The notes beneath the pieces are model-generated. The model did not search any database and had not been told where the DNA came from. It saw nothing but the letters and a program-made list of their open reading frames with translations. Of a stretch of 20,000 nucleotides of DNA, positions 1 through 7,534 are shown one piece after another. This stretch comes from an uncultured virus (IMG/VR IMGVR_UViG_3300046003_004339) (lineage: Duplodnaviria > Heunggongvirae > Uroviricota > Caudoviricetes): IMG/VR virus record IMGVR_UViG_3300046003_004339; one strand, written 5' to 3'. The position numbers and the translations under genes were made by a program. Position 1 is the first letter of the stretch. Every line of letters starts with the position of its first letter.

Positions 1-227
1 GTTTCATTTGGAGTAGAAAAAGTTATTGTTTCTTGTTTTAAAGTGGGATACCAGATCTCATTTTTATAGTGAATTGCGAAGGATTTTTTAGAAATGATCA
101 ATTTTTTTACAGTGCCATTTGTAAATAAAAAGAAATTTTCTCCTTCTCGTAAGAAGACGCTGCCTTTTGGTGCTATTACTATATTCTCCGGGTTTGAACT
201 TGATAGTTGGCTTGTTGAATTACTCAT
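1..227 (-). CDS. 5' part of a protein paralogous to the N-terminal domain of the 580..1881 protein (runs off the window edge)
   Basis: Not in ORF track. Manual translation from ATG at 227: MSNSTSQLSSSNPENIVIAPKGSVFLREGENFFLFTNGTVKKLIISKKSFAIHYKNEIWYPTLKQETITFSTPNE..., open to position 1. Shares SNPEN, FFL, KK.F and Y..EIWY with the 580..1881 N-terminus; TATATTTAT motif upstream. Confidence 0.85.
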   Translation of the reverse strand, partial: MSNSTSQLSSSNPENIVIAPKGSVFLREGENFFLFTNGTVKKLIISKKSFAIHYKNEIWYPTLKQETITFSTPNE

Positions 228-250
228 ATTTTATAATAATTTAATATATT

Positions 251-259
251 ATAAATATA
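251..259 (-). promoter_or_regulatory. TATATTTAT motif (putative phage late promoter)
   Basis: ATAAATATA on + strand, 23 nt upstream of the ATG at 227; same 9-mer precedes five other minus-strand starts. Confidence 0.6.
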
Positions 260-277
260 AGGTTGTGGCAAATACCA

Positions 278-538
278 TTAATTTTTCATCAATTGATCGC
301 CAACATATTGTTTTAACTCTCGAAGGTCTTTTATTTCCAATATTACCTCATCTCCGTATGGTCTGCCGTGCTTTAATATATACAATATGCACTTGATTCT
401 ATATTTCCAAGAAGGTTTGGTTGTATATCCTCGTTGCCAAAATGATATATACCACATATCATCCTCATGATCTTTTTCAACATGAAGTTCGTGACTATGA
501 CAAGAGCATGTTAGATGCAATTCATTATTTTTTATCAT
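278..538 (-). CDS. hypothetical protein (86 aa, CxCxxH motif)
   Basis: ATG start, fits co-directional packing; LTCSCHSHEL. Confidence 0.75.
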   Translation of the reverse strand: MIKNNELHLTCSCHSHELHVEKDHEDDMWYISFWQRGYTTKPSWKYRIKCILYILKHGRPYGDEVILEIKDLRELKQYVGDQLMKN

Positions 539-579
539 AAGTTATTATGCTTCACACGATGAAAAAATTAAATGTGTGT

Positions 580-1881
580 TTAAACTAGACTCGCCTGTAT
601 AATTCTCTCCGGGTCTCCGCCACTCTGAGTGATTGTCCACACTTCGCCAGTTAACGCGCTGGTAATTATAGTGTCGCCCGGAGAAGCATCCATTGCACTA
701 AACTTCGCGTGTACTTCCTCAAGAACATTACTTATCCATGCCTCGTATATCCTTCCTGATAACAATTGTATGTTTCCGTCAACGTTTCTACCCAATGACA
801 CTATCTGCGTAGTTCCCGATATTGGTTGTGTAATTGTGGCTTGTTGTGTTCCAATTTGCGTCCAATTATTACCGTCTGTGCTTTGGTAGAAATTCACGGT
901 GCTTTGTGAACTTCCATTGTTTACATCAAACTGCATCCGTAACCAACCATCGGTATTGTTTGTTAAAGAGATTGCTGCGTTTGACGTTAAATATGGCCCC
1001 GCACCATTCCACCAAAAAGTAGTAACTCCGGATGGGTTGATTGTCCAATGCCATTCTCTGCCGGTCGTTCCCCATTTACTAATGAGTGTCTGGTATCCGC
1101 CATTGGCATAACTGGTGGCTCTCAATTTAATTCTTAAATCCAAATCCACAGCGCGAACTGCCGAACTGTCGGGAGTGGAGATTCCATTGGTAGAAGTACC
1201 CGGAACATATAAATAATTTACAAATGACGGAGTAGCCGTTGGTGTTGGCGTTGGTGTTGGCGTAGGAGTCTGCGTCGGTGTCTCGGTTACCGTTGGTGTT
1301 ACGGTTGTAGTAACGGAAGGCGTCACCGTAATTGTTGGCGTAGGAGTCTGCGTCGGTGTCTCGCTCACCGTTGGTGTTACAGCGATGGACGGAGTCGGTG
1401 TCTGCGTCGGTGTCTCGGTTACCGTTGGTGTTACGGTGGAAGTAATGGACGGGGTTATCGTAGTTGTCGGCGTCGGTGTCTCGCCTACGGTCGGAGTAGG
1501 CGTCTGTGTCGGGGATAACGTGGGAGTCGGAGTTTGGGTAGCAGTCGGAGTCAATGGAATTTTTTCTTCTACCGCCAATGGCTTGTTGCTCACATATTTC
1601 CAACCATTCATGCTCGACGCATATCCGACCTTTTTCCATAATTCTGTTGTATATTTAAATACGATATCGGAATCTCTCGCGGTCGCATACCATATTTCGC
1701 CGGAGTATGCGGCAACAAACTTTTTCTTGGGAACGTCTATTCTGCGCCTCGTTGCTCCCTCTATCAAGAAAAACACGTCATTTCCAACCCTGTAAAAATA
1801 AGTGCCACCGCTGGCGGCTATTACGTTTTCTGGATTGGATTGGTCTAACTCGATTTTTCGAGTGAGCGGCGAGAATTTCAT
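580..1881 (-). CDS. putative virion surface/adhesion protein: N-terminal domain, Pro/Thr-rich linker, C-terminal LamG/concanavalin A-like domain
   Basis: About 110-aa TPT-rich linker; C-terminal beta-rich domain with LamG-like elements ([27 protein letters not shown]...GRIYE). Confidence 0.7.
   Translation of the reverse strand: MKFSPLTRKIELDQSNPENVIAASGGTYFYRVGNDVFFLIEGATRRRIDVPKKKFVAAYSGEIWYATARDSDIVFKYTTELWKKVGYASSMNGWKYVSNKPLAVEEKIPLTPTATQTPTPTLSPTQTPTPTVGETPTPTTTITPSITSTVTPTVTETPTQTPTPSIAVTPTVSETPTQTPTPTITVTPSVTTTVTPTVTETPTQTPTPTPTPTPTATPSFVNYLYVPGTSTNGISTPDSSAVRAVDLDLRIKLRATSYANGGYQTLISKWGTTGREWHWTINPSGVTTFWWNGAGPYLTSNAAISLTNNTDGWLRMQFDVNNGSSQSTVNFYQSTDGNNWTQIGTQQATITQPISGTTQIVSLGRNVDGNIQLLSGRIYEAWISNVLEEVHAKFSAMDASPGDTIITSALTGEVWTITQSGGDPERIIQASLV
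1225..1557 (-). repeat. Pro/Thr low-complexity coding repeat
   Basis: 35-nt unit gtctgcgtcggtgtctcgNNNaccgttggtgttac at 1268-1302, 1346-1380 and 1400-1434, encoding VTPTV(T/S)ETPTQT, plus degenerate TP repeats. Confidence 0.9.
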
Positions 1882-1890
1882 GTATATATG

Positions 1891-1899
1891 ATAAATATA
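1891..1899 (-). promoter_or_regulatory. TATATTTAT motif (putative phage late promoter)
   Basis: TTATATTTATCATATATAC-ATG; 9 nt before the 1881 start. Confidence 0.6.
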
Positions 1900-1931
1900 A
1901 ACCCAAGGTCAATTTATCATATATTGAGTTA

Positions 1932-2225
1932 TTATAACTTGGGTGTTATTTTGTCTATTTCGACAACTATACTTTGAAGAACCTTTTTTCTCGCATTCAT
2001 TACTGTGTCATACTTGCGCATCCTTTTTATTTTATCGGATAGCAACCGGTCAAATTTTTCTTTCTGAACTTTGTACACAGCCATCACTTTTTCTTTCTCC
2101 GCGCTGTAGTCGGAAATCTCCAATTCTACTTTCTCTCTCCATTGGTTTAATAGAATAAGTTTCTTTTCTTCGGTGATTTCTTCACTTGGGTCTATTCTCA
2201 CCGATTGAGTTGGTTCTTCGCTCAT
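1932..2225 (-). CDS. hypothetical coiled-coil protein (97 aa)
   Basis: Charged helical composition; starts 1 nt after the upstream stop. Confidence 0.8.
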   Translation of the reverse strand: MSEEPTQSVRIDPSEEITEEKKLILLNQWREKVELEISDYSAEKEKVMAVYKVQKEKFDRLLSDKIKRMRKYDTVMNARKKVLQSIVVEIDKITPKL

Positions 2226-2226
2226 A

Positions 2227-2763
2227 TTAAATGCTCCCCGTCGTTGGACTATTATACGCTATCTCATCTTCATTTCCTATTTTAAATGTTTTTCTACATC
2301 CAAATGGGTTATTGACATACAAATAATAACAATTGTAGCAAATTAACTCTACATTTTCCCGCAATTTGTTTTTCGCATTTCCGTCGATATAATTAAGCAA
2401 CAACGGAACTTGATAGTCCGAGATTCTTTGTTCACTGAACCCACACTTATTACATTTTTTCTCGATTCTGTTGCATCGCAACATTCTGGTTTTCAATCGG
2501 TTGGTTGAATAGTTTGGAAATTTTCCCTCCAATATCTGATTCAATGGGTATTTACCGGCATCTTCGTTGCGAACCGGCTTATTAGTTCCCTTTCCCGCCG
2601 CGTTCGCACATCTTCCATATAATCCGTACATCTTTGCATATTTTCTGTATGTCATGAATGACACGCCAAGTTTTCTTCCGGCCTCTGCCTCTGTCTTACT
2701 TATACTTTGAGCGGCCATTATCTCACTCTCAAGCAACATTCTTTTTGGTCTTCCGTTTAACAT
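2227..2763 (-). CDS. HTH plus HNH-like zinc-finger protein, catalytic residues apparently degenerate
   Basis: HTH-like SKTEAEAGRKLGVSFMTYRKYAKMYG; CNKC...LLLNYIDGNAKN..RENVELICYNCY follows the HNH pattern CxxC...LxxHHIDG..N...NL..LCxNCH but lacks the His residues. Confidence 0.75.
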   Translation of the reverse strand: MLNGRPKRMLLESEIMAAQSISKTEAEAGRKLGVSFMTYRKYAKMYGLYGRCANAAGKGTNKPVRNEDAGKYPLNQILEGKFPNYSTNRLKTRMLRCNRIEKKCNKCGFSEQRISDYQVPLLLNYIDGNAKNKLRENVELICYNCYYLYVNNPFGCRKTFKIGNEDEIAYNSPTTGSI

Positions 2764-2765
2764 AA

Positions 2766-3026
2766 TTATACAGTTGAAATTGGATAGGTCATGGATTCTT
2801 TGCTATATGGTATCATTATAAAATCACCGACGTCTTTATTATCAAAACAGAAAGATTCCGTCTCGGTCCATATAAATGTATATCCCTCACATTCATAATA
2901 CGCACATCTACTAAATATTTTTGCACCAACGCCTTTTATGCTAATATATACATGCTCACAATATTCTTCCGGGAGAAGGTTTGCTCCCCAATCTTTGAGT
3001 AGATATGTAGATTGTTTTTTTGTCAT
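2766..3026 (-). CDS. hypothetical protein (about 86 aa)
   Basis: Track gives 3077; ATG at 3026 (MTKKQ), 1 nt after the upstream TAA, avoids a 50-nt overlap. Confidence 0.7.
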   Translation of the reverse strand: MTKKQSTYLLKDWGANLLPEEYCEHVYISIKGVGAKIFSRCAYYECEGYTFIWTETESFCFDNKDVGDFIMIPYSKESMTYPISTV

Positions 3027-3027
3027 G

Positions 3028-3384
3028 TTAGAATGAGTATCCAATGGTGTCATTGGCCAAATCTTTTCCATCGGCACTCTTTTTATAATTTTCTCTCAAA
3101 GTCTCGGCCAGAACATATTGTCCTATATTCAACAAACATAAATACGCGTTTACCATTGCAATTTTTTTCGCCGTCTTTGTTTTTCTAACTAGGAGCACAG
3201 CCCCCAGATTCAAATTCTCGTCGGTTTTTACTTCCGCCATTTGCTTTTCTATTGCGAGGGTGCCCGCTTCGAATAATTGTGACCGTTCGTCGTCAAATAT
3301 TTCTGGGTCCATGGAAACGGAGTGTTCCCAGTCTGGACCTTCCACAAAAAAAGTTATCAATTTTTCTTTACTCATCTTAATCAT
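3028..3384 (-). CDS. hypothetical protein (115-118 aa)
   Basis: ATG at 3384 or 3375, directly downstream of a sigma70-like promoter. Confidence 0.8.
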   Translation of the reverse strand: MIKMSKEKLITFFVEGPDWEHSVSMDPEIFDDERSQLFEAGTLAIEKQMAEVKTDENLNLGAVLLVRKTKTAKKIAMVNAYLCLLNIGQYVLAETLRENYKKSADGKDLANDTIGYSF

Positions 3385-3402
3385 ATATATTAGTTAATAG
3401 CA

Positions 3403-3431
3403 ATATTACTGCGATATGGTCGGTCTGTCAA
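3403..3431 (-). promoter_or_regulatory. sigma70-like promoter
   Basis: TTGACA (3431-3426), 17-nt spacer, TAATAT (3408-3403), intergenic. Confidence 0.7.
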
Positions 3432-3473
3432 CACTTAACGAGATTTTGTAGATTATATAGTGGATAGTTATTT

Positions 3474-5132
3474 TCACGGCACTTCAAATATTTCGGATGA
3501 TGATTGGAGGTCTCCGTCGTTTATTAAATCCAAGTTGTTAAGTTTCATCTTCAATTTATCACATACTTCCTCCTCTACTGTGTTCGCAACAAATACAATT
3601 TTTTGAAGGCTCTTAGTCTTTCCTCCCTGCCTCCACACTCGACCGAGACATTGCTTCAATATGACCGCCGATGGGTGTGGTGATATTAATGCTATTCGAG
3701 GATAATTCCCATTTAGGTCATGTAAACTTACCCCAGTGCCACCGGCTGCGCTATTCAATATGATGACCCGTCTTCTGTCGCTCTGGAAGTTTTCTATATT
3801 AACATCCCGCTCGTTTCGTTTATTTTCTCCCCATACTATACAGTCGGTTCCAAGTCTCGTAGATAATGCTCTAACCGTCTCACTGAAACTCACAAATATA
3901 GCCACGGACATGCCGTCTTCTAGTGCATCCTCGGCCATTTCTACGAACAATGGTACCTTTGTAAGCTCCGCCCGTTGCCTAGCCCTCAATTGAATTACCA
4001 TTGCGTTAACTTGGTACTCTTTAGTATTTTTACATTGTATTTGTAGAGCCTTCAACTCTTTTGCCATATCCTCATATATTTCCTTCAACCCCTTTTCGGA
4101 TTTTTCGTCTATATTATATGACTCGGCCATCACATCGCAGTCTGGGAAGTCTTTTATCTCTTCGCGCTTGATTCTCACTCCCCGATCCATAAACAAATCT
4201 CCGTGCAATTTTTTCAGCGCCATTTTGCTACCATTGAACTCCCATCCAAATCTACCTTTTTCGCAATCGTGGTCGCGCAGGAACGAAGTCCACTTTCCGG
4301 TTTTGTATATACCAAGAATTAGCCCCACAGTTTTTAATTCTATGGGATTTATCGCGTTCGTTGCGCTACAGCATAATATTTTGTATCCTTGTTTCTTTGC
4401 CGCCAACGCTATCTCTGAATTTTGGGTACCATGCCCTTTTAATCTATGACTCTCGTCAAAAATGATTAGTGTGTTCTTTGGAATGTTCCAGTGGAAATAT
4501 TCTCGGCTACTGATTTTACTCACATGCTTCCACACACCAATTTCTTTATATTTGCCAGTTTTTACCGACTCGTAGTTTAATATAAATTCCGATTTGAGAC
4601 CGAAATGCTTGGTTATTACTTTCTTCCACGCCGATATAACCGCCTTCGGACACACGACCGCGATTTTCATCCCAAGTTCTCTTGCAACTGCTACCGCAGA
4701 GTAGGTTTTCCCACTGCCGGTATCCGACCCATCCAACGCAGCACCATGCCGCGAAATAGCTGCACACAATTTAGAAACAGATGGAATCTGGAACTCGTGT
4801 AACCCCGATACGTTCTTTAACTTGTACTCGGGAAGCGTACTCTCGGTTTGAATTTTAAGTTGTTCCGTCGAAGCTTTGTTATCCCGCCCAAAGTTCTCTC
4901 GAAATTCGTTTTTGTTGGATTGCCACTCGCTGATAGCCCATAGCCCAGCATTGTTTTTACCTATACTATATCCTTGGGACTTTAGTACTGTCTTGTTTGC
5001 ATTCCAGAATATAAAAAATCCTTCAAGATAGTCTTTTGGTATAGCCCAAGACCGTAGCCATCTTTGGCCATATTTCGTGGACACTTTAATTGGTGTAGAC
5101 CAATTAATAAGAAGCTTAGACTTCTCGGACAT
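3474..5132 (-). CDS. superfamily 2 (DExH, SNF2/UvsW-like) helicase
   Basis: Walker A DTGSGKT, motif Ia VVCPK, motif II IIFDESHR, motif III SAT, motif V AAGGTGVSL, motif VI QCLGRVWR. Confidence 0.93.
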   Translation of the reverse strand: MSEKSKLLINWSTPIKVSTKYGQRWLRSWAIPKDYLEGFFIFWNANKTVLKSQGYSIGKNNAGLWAISEWQSNKNEFRENFGRDNKASTEQLKIQTESTLPEYKLKNVSGLHEFQIPSVSKLCAAISRHGAALDGSDTGSGKTYSAVAVARELGMKIAVVCPKAVISAWKKVITKHFGLKSEFILNYESVKTGKYKEIGVWKHVSKISSREYFHWNIPKNTLIIFDESHRLKGHGTQNSEIALAAKKQGYKILCCSATNAINPIELKTVGLILGIYKTGKWTSFLRDHDCEKGRFGWEFNGSKMALKKLHGDLFMDRGVRIKREEIKDFPDCDVMAESYNIDEKSEKGLKEIYEDMAKELKALQIQCKNTKEYQVNAMVIQLRARQRAELTKVPLFVEMAEDALEDGMSVAIFVSFSETVRALSTRLGTDCIVWGENKRNERDVNIENFQSDRRRVIILNSAAGGTGVSLHDLNGNYPRIALISPHPSAVILKQCLGRVWRQGGKTKSLQKIVFVANTVEEEVCDKLKMKLNNLDLINDGDLQSSSEIFEVP

Positions 5133-5449
5133 TAATTCCCGTTCACACCTTTGCTTTTCTGAAATGCGTTCGCTTGAAAGATGTTCGTTTTAACTGGCGT
5201 AGAACCTCCTCGGATTACTCCAATATTAAAATATTGTTCCATTTGGTCGTAAAATGCTCTGCCTGTCTGTTCATCTCCGCCATGACCCAAGCTCTCTACG
5301 TTATTCATGAACTCTTTGCGAGTTTGATTGAATTGTCTAGAACACATACCCTCAAGGTATGCTATAACTTTTGGAACGGCGTCGAATAGGTATACTGGGT
5401 TTTTACCGGCGGTCTTCTTCGTTGAATCTATAATATAATATTTTGACAT
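5132..5449 (-). CDS. hypothetical protein (105 aa)
   Basis: TAATG stop/start overlap with the helicase. Confidence 0.8.
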   Translation of the reverse strand: MSKYYIIDSTKKTAGKNPVYLFDAVPKVIAYLEGMCSRQFNQTRKEFMNNVESLGHGGDEQTGRAFYDQMEQYFNIGVIRGGSTPVKTNIFQANAFQKSKGVNGN

Positions 5450-5458
5450 ATAAAGTTT

Positions 5459-5614
5459 TTATCTTAATCTTAAGTCTCCGGTTATTTTAACCACATGCGA
5501 TATGTCGTTTTTTAGCCATATATCTCCACTTGAATCCACCGAGATTAAATTCAAATTTAAAGCGCCATCCACGCTAATCGGAGAATCTTTATAATATATT
5601 TGGCCCGCGTACAT
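5459..5614 (-). CDS. small hypothetical protein (51 aa), below ORF-track cutoff
   Basis: Manual translation MYAGQIYYKDSPISVDGALNLNLISVDSSGDIWLKNDISHVVKITGDLRLR*; fills the gap between the promoter at 5645-5673 and the gene starting at 5449. Confidence 0.65.
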   Translation of the reverse strand: MYAGQIYYKDSPISVDGALNLNLISVDSSGDIWLKNDISHVVKITGDLRLR

Positions 5615-5644
5615 AGTTTGTTTTTTATTTAAAATATCATAAAC

Positions 5645-5673
5645 ATTATCCTACATATTCTATCAATTGTCAA
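5645..5673 (-). promoter_or_regulatory. sigma70-like promoter for the helicase operon
   Basis: TTGACA (5673-5668), 17-nt spacer, GATAAT (5650-5645). Confidence 0.75.
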
Positions 5674-5689
5674 TATATAAGAACTCAAT

Positions 5690-6790
5690 TTATAATGACC
5701 CCGTCGTCGGAGATTTTTTTCCCGCGTCCAATTGCCCACTATTCATCAATTTACTCTTTATATAATTCTCTACATTCTTATCGACTTTCGTTATTACATT
5801 TCCGCGATGGTCCTTGCCATATGTTGAATTCCAAGAAGCCAAATTCTTCATGAGAATTTCCGCGTCTTCTCCCAATTCATTCTTGGTATCTTCTATTGCA
5901 TGAACTAAATTGTGATTTGTTTTTTCGGATATATTATGTGCTCTCAAATAATATATTCCGATTCCAGCAATTGCGGTTAGCCCACCAACCAAAATCATCC
6001 AACCTTCTATAAACGGTATCGCAGCAGTAACCGCAGCAAGAATTCCCGCAATCAACGCTAAACCTTCTTTGCATACCGGCGAATATATAGCAGCAACGAG
6101 TGCAATTGCTGCACCAATACCACACCACATCATAAGCTTAGTTTTCATTCTTTCTATTGAAGCTTGTTTATCGACCGCTTTTGCGGCGGCATCGGCAAGC
6201 TTATCGTTTGCAATCTTTAGGTCCGCTGCCAATTTACTATTTTCGCCAATATACTTTTGCTCGATTTCGAGTTTAGATTTTTCGAGCGCAGAAAGAGCCT
6301 TTTTTGTTTCTTCGGTGTCGTTGGCCAATTTTGCATTTTTTGATAGTGCATCTATGTGGTCTTTTCTGAGTTGGTCGATGGTGGTCAACTTTTCATTTAA
6401 TTCGGTGGTCAATCTTGCATTTTCTGTTTGGATTGCTTCAAAACTTGGAACTTTTCCGAGGGCCGCAGAAGCCTCTGTTACTCTATTGTTTATGATTAAA
6501 TCTAATCTTGTTGGTGATGCATAATATTTAAATGCCTCGTTCGCGCCATATAATTTATTGGCACCCTCTTGTAATTGCATATCCTGCTGCTTTATAATCG
6601 TTTCTTTTTTTTCACTGACTTCTTTTTCTTTTGCTCTCAAGTCAATATCATGTTGTGCTTTCAGTGCGTCCAATTGTACTTCAACTTGGTCCTTTTTTAC
6701 ATAGTATTTGGAGAGAGGATTATATAGAGAACAAGACGGTAATATGAATAGGAATGCCGTCGCCAATATTATTTTATAGTAACATTTCAT
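5690..6790 (-). CDS. lipoprotein with long coiled coil and three C-proximal TM segments
   Basis: Signal peptide with lipobox-like LPSC (Cys20); about 195-aa coiled coil; hydrophobic LMMWCGIGAAIALVAAIY, GLALIAGILAAVTAAIPFI, WMILVGGLTAIAGIGIYYL. Confidence 0.8.
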   Translation of the reverse strand: MKCYYKIILATAFLFILPSCSLYNPLSKYYVKKDQVEVQLDALKAQHDIDLRAKEKEVSEKKETIIKQQDMQLQEGANKLYGANEAFKYYASPTRLDLIINNRVTEASAALGKVPSFEAIQTENARLTTELNEKLTTIDQLRKDHIDALSKNAKLANDTEETKKALSALEKSKLEIEQKYIGENSKLAADLKIANDKLADAAAKAVDKQASIERMKTKLMMWCGIGAAIALVAAIYSPVCKEGLALIAGILAAVTAAIPFIEGWMILVGGLTAIAGIGIYYLRAHNISEKTNHNLVHAIEDTKNELGEDAEILMKNLASWNSTYGKDHRGNVITKVDKNVENYIKSKLMNSGQLDAGKKSPTTGSL

Positions 6791-6802
6791 ACGATTTAAA
6801 TT

Positions 6803-7534
6803 TTATCTATATTTCGCATCAGGTCTATCCATATCAGGATTGTCGTCATGTTTGTTGCGATTTTTTGGAAGTGATGTTCTCGGTGGAGCATCGAACTCAT
6901 CATGTTCTCCGCCCGGATTGTCCACTCCTATAGAAGTGCTTGGCTTCGCGTCTCCTCTTGCCGGTGGCATAGGTAAAAGTTTACCTTTATCGTCGTATGG
7001 CCAACTGTTCTCATCAATTCCTATATCCAACACGGCGTCAATTTTTGCACAATAATGACTCAAATGGTCCGCTTGCTTCGGAGATTTGCTGCTTCCGCCA
7101 ATCTCGGGTGTATTTCCTATTGTTACACCATGTGGCAATCCACCATGTTCAGGAGCCGGTTCCAGTGGCTTGGTAGTTTTGTCGGCTATAGTATTACTTT
7201 GTTCGATGGAATCCAACCCCGAACTTTTCAATGGTGCAGTGTTTTTGCCTAGATTGGATGTCCTCAATGCCGTCGCCTGCTTTCCCGCCATTTGTGTTGG
7301 CGTAACTGGCTTTGGTAGCGATACGCTACCTTTCTGACCCGACTCGGCGCGGTCCATCGCCGCCATCTGGGTGACCTCTGGTTCGTCCACTAACCCAGCG
7401 GACACAAGTCTGCTATAATAAATGGCATCTCCTTTGAGATGGTCCATCGCAATTTTTTGTGCCAACGCTAGATCTCCCGTGTGTTCTTTTTCTACGTTGA
7501 TTCCGAGGTTTAATTCTTTTGGTGATATGTTCAT
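6803..7534 (-). CDS. DUF5661-type domain protein with disordered Pro/Gly-rich tail
   Basis: N-terminal ELNLGINVEKEHTGDLALAQKIAMDHLKGDAIYYSRL matches the G..VE.EH...A..IA.DHL....YY..L pattern recalled for DUF5661; ATGA overlap with upstream gene. Confidence 0.75.
   Translation of the reverse strand: MNISPKELNLGINVEKEHTGDLALAQKIAMDHLKGDAIYYSRLVSAGLVDEPEVTQMAAMDRAESGQKGSVSLPKPVTPTQMAGKQATALRTSNLGKNTAPLKSSGLDSIEQSNTIADKTTKPLEPAPEHGGLPHGVTIGNTPEIGGSSKSPKQADHLSHYCAKIDAVLDIGIDENSWPYDDKGKLLPMPPARGDAKPSTSIGVDNPGGEHDEFDAPPRTSLPKNRNKHDDNPDMDRPDAKYR

Noticed and set aside
1225..1557. Spaced ~35-nt repeats resembling a CRISPR array
   Set aside because: In frame within an ORF, encode Pro/Thr repeats, intervening sequence is also repetitive, and no cas genes are present.
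5614..5656. In-frame ATG-TAG upstream of the 51-aa ORF and rarity of TAG stops, hinting at TAG recoding
   Set aside because: The ATG-TAG lies in the promoter spacer; all conserved genes are intact and coding density is full under the standard code.
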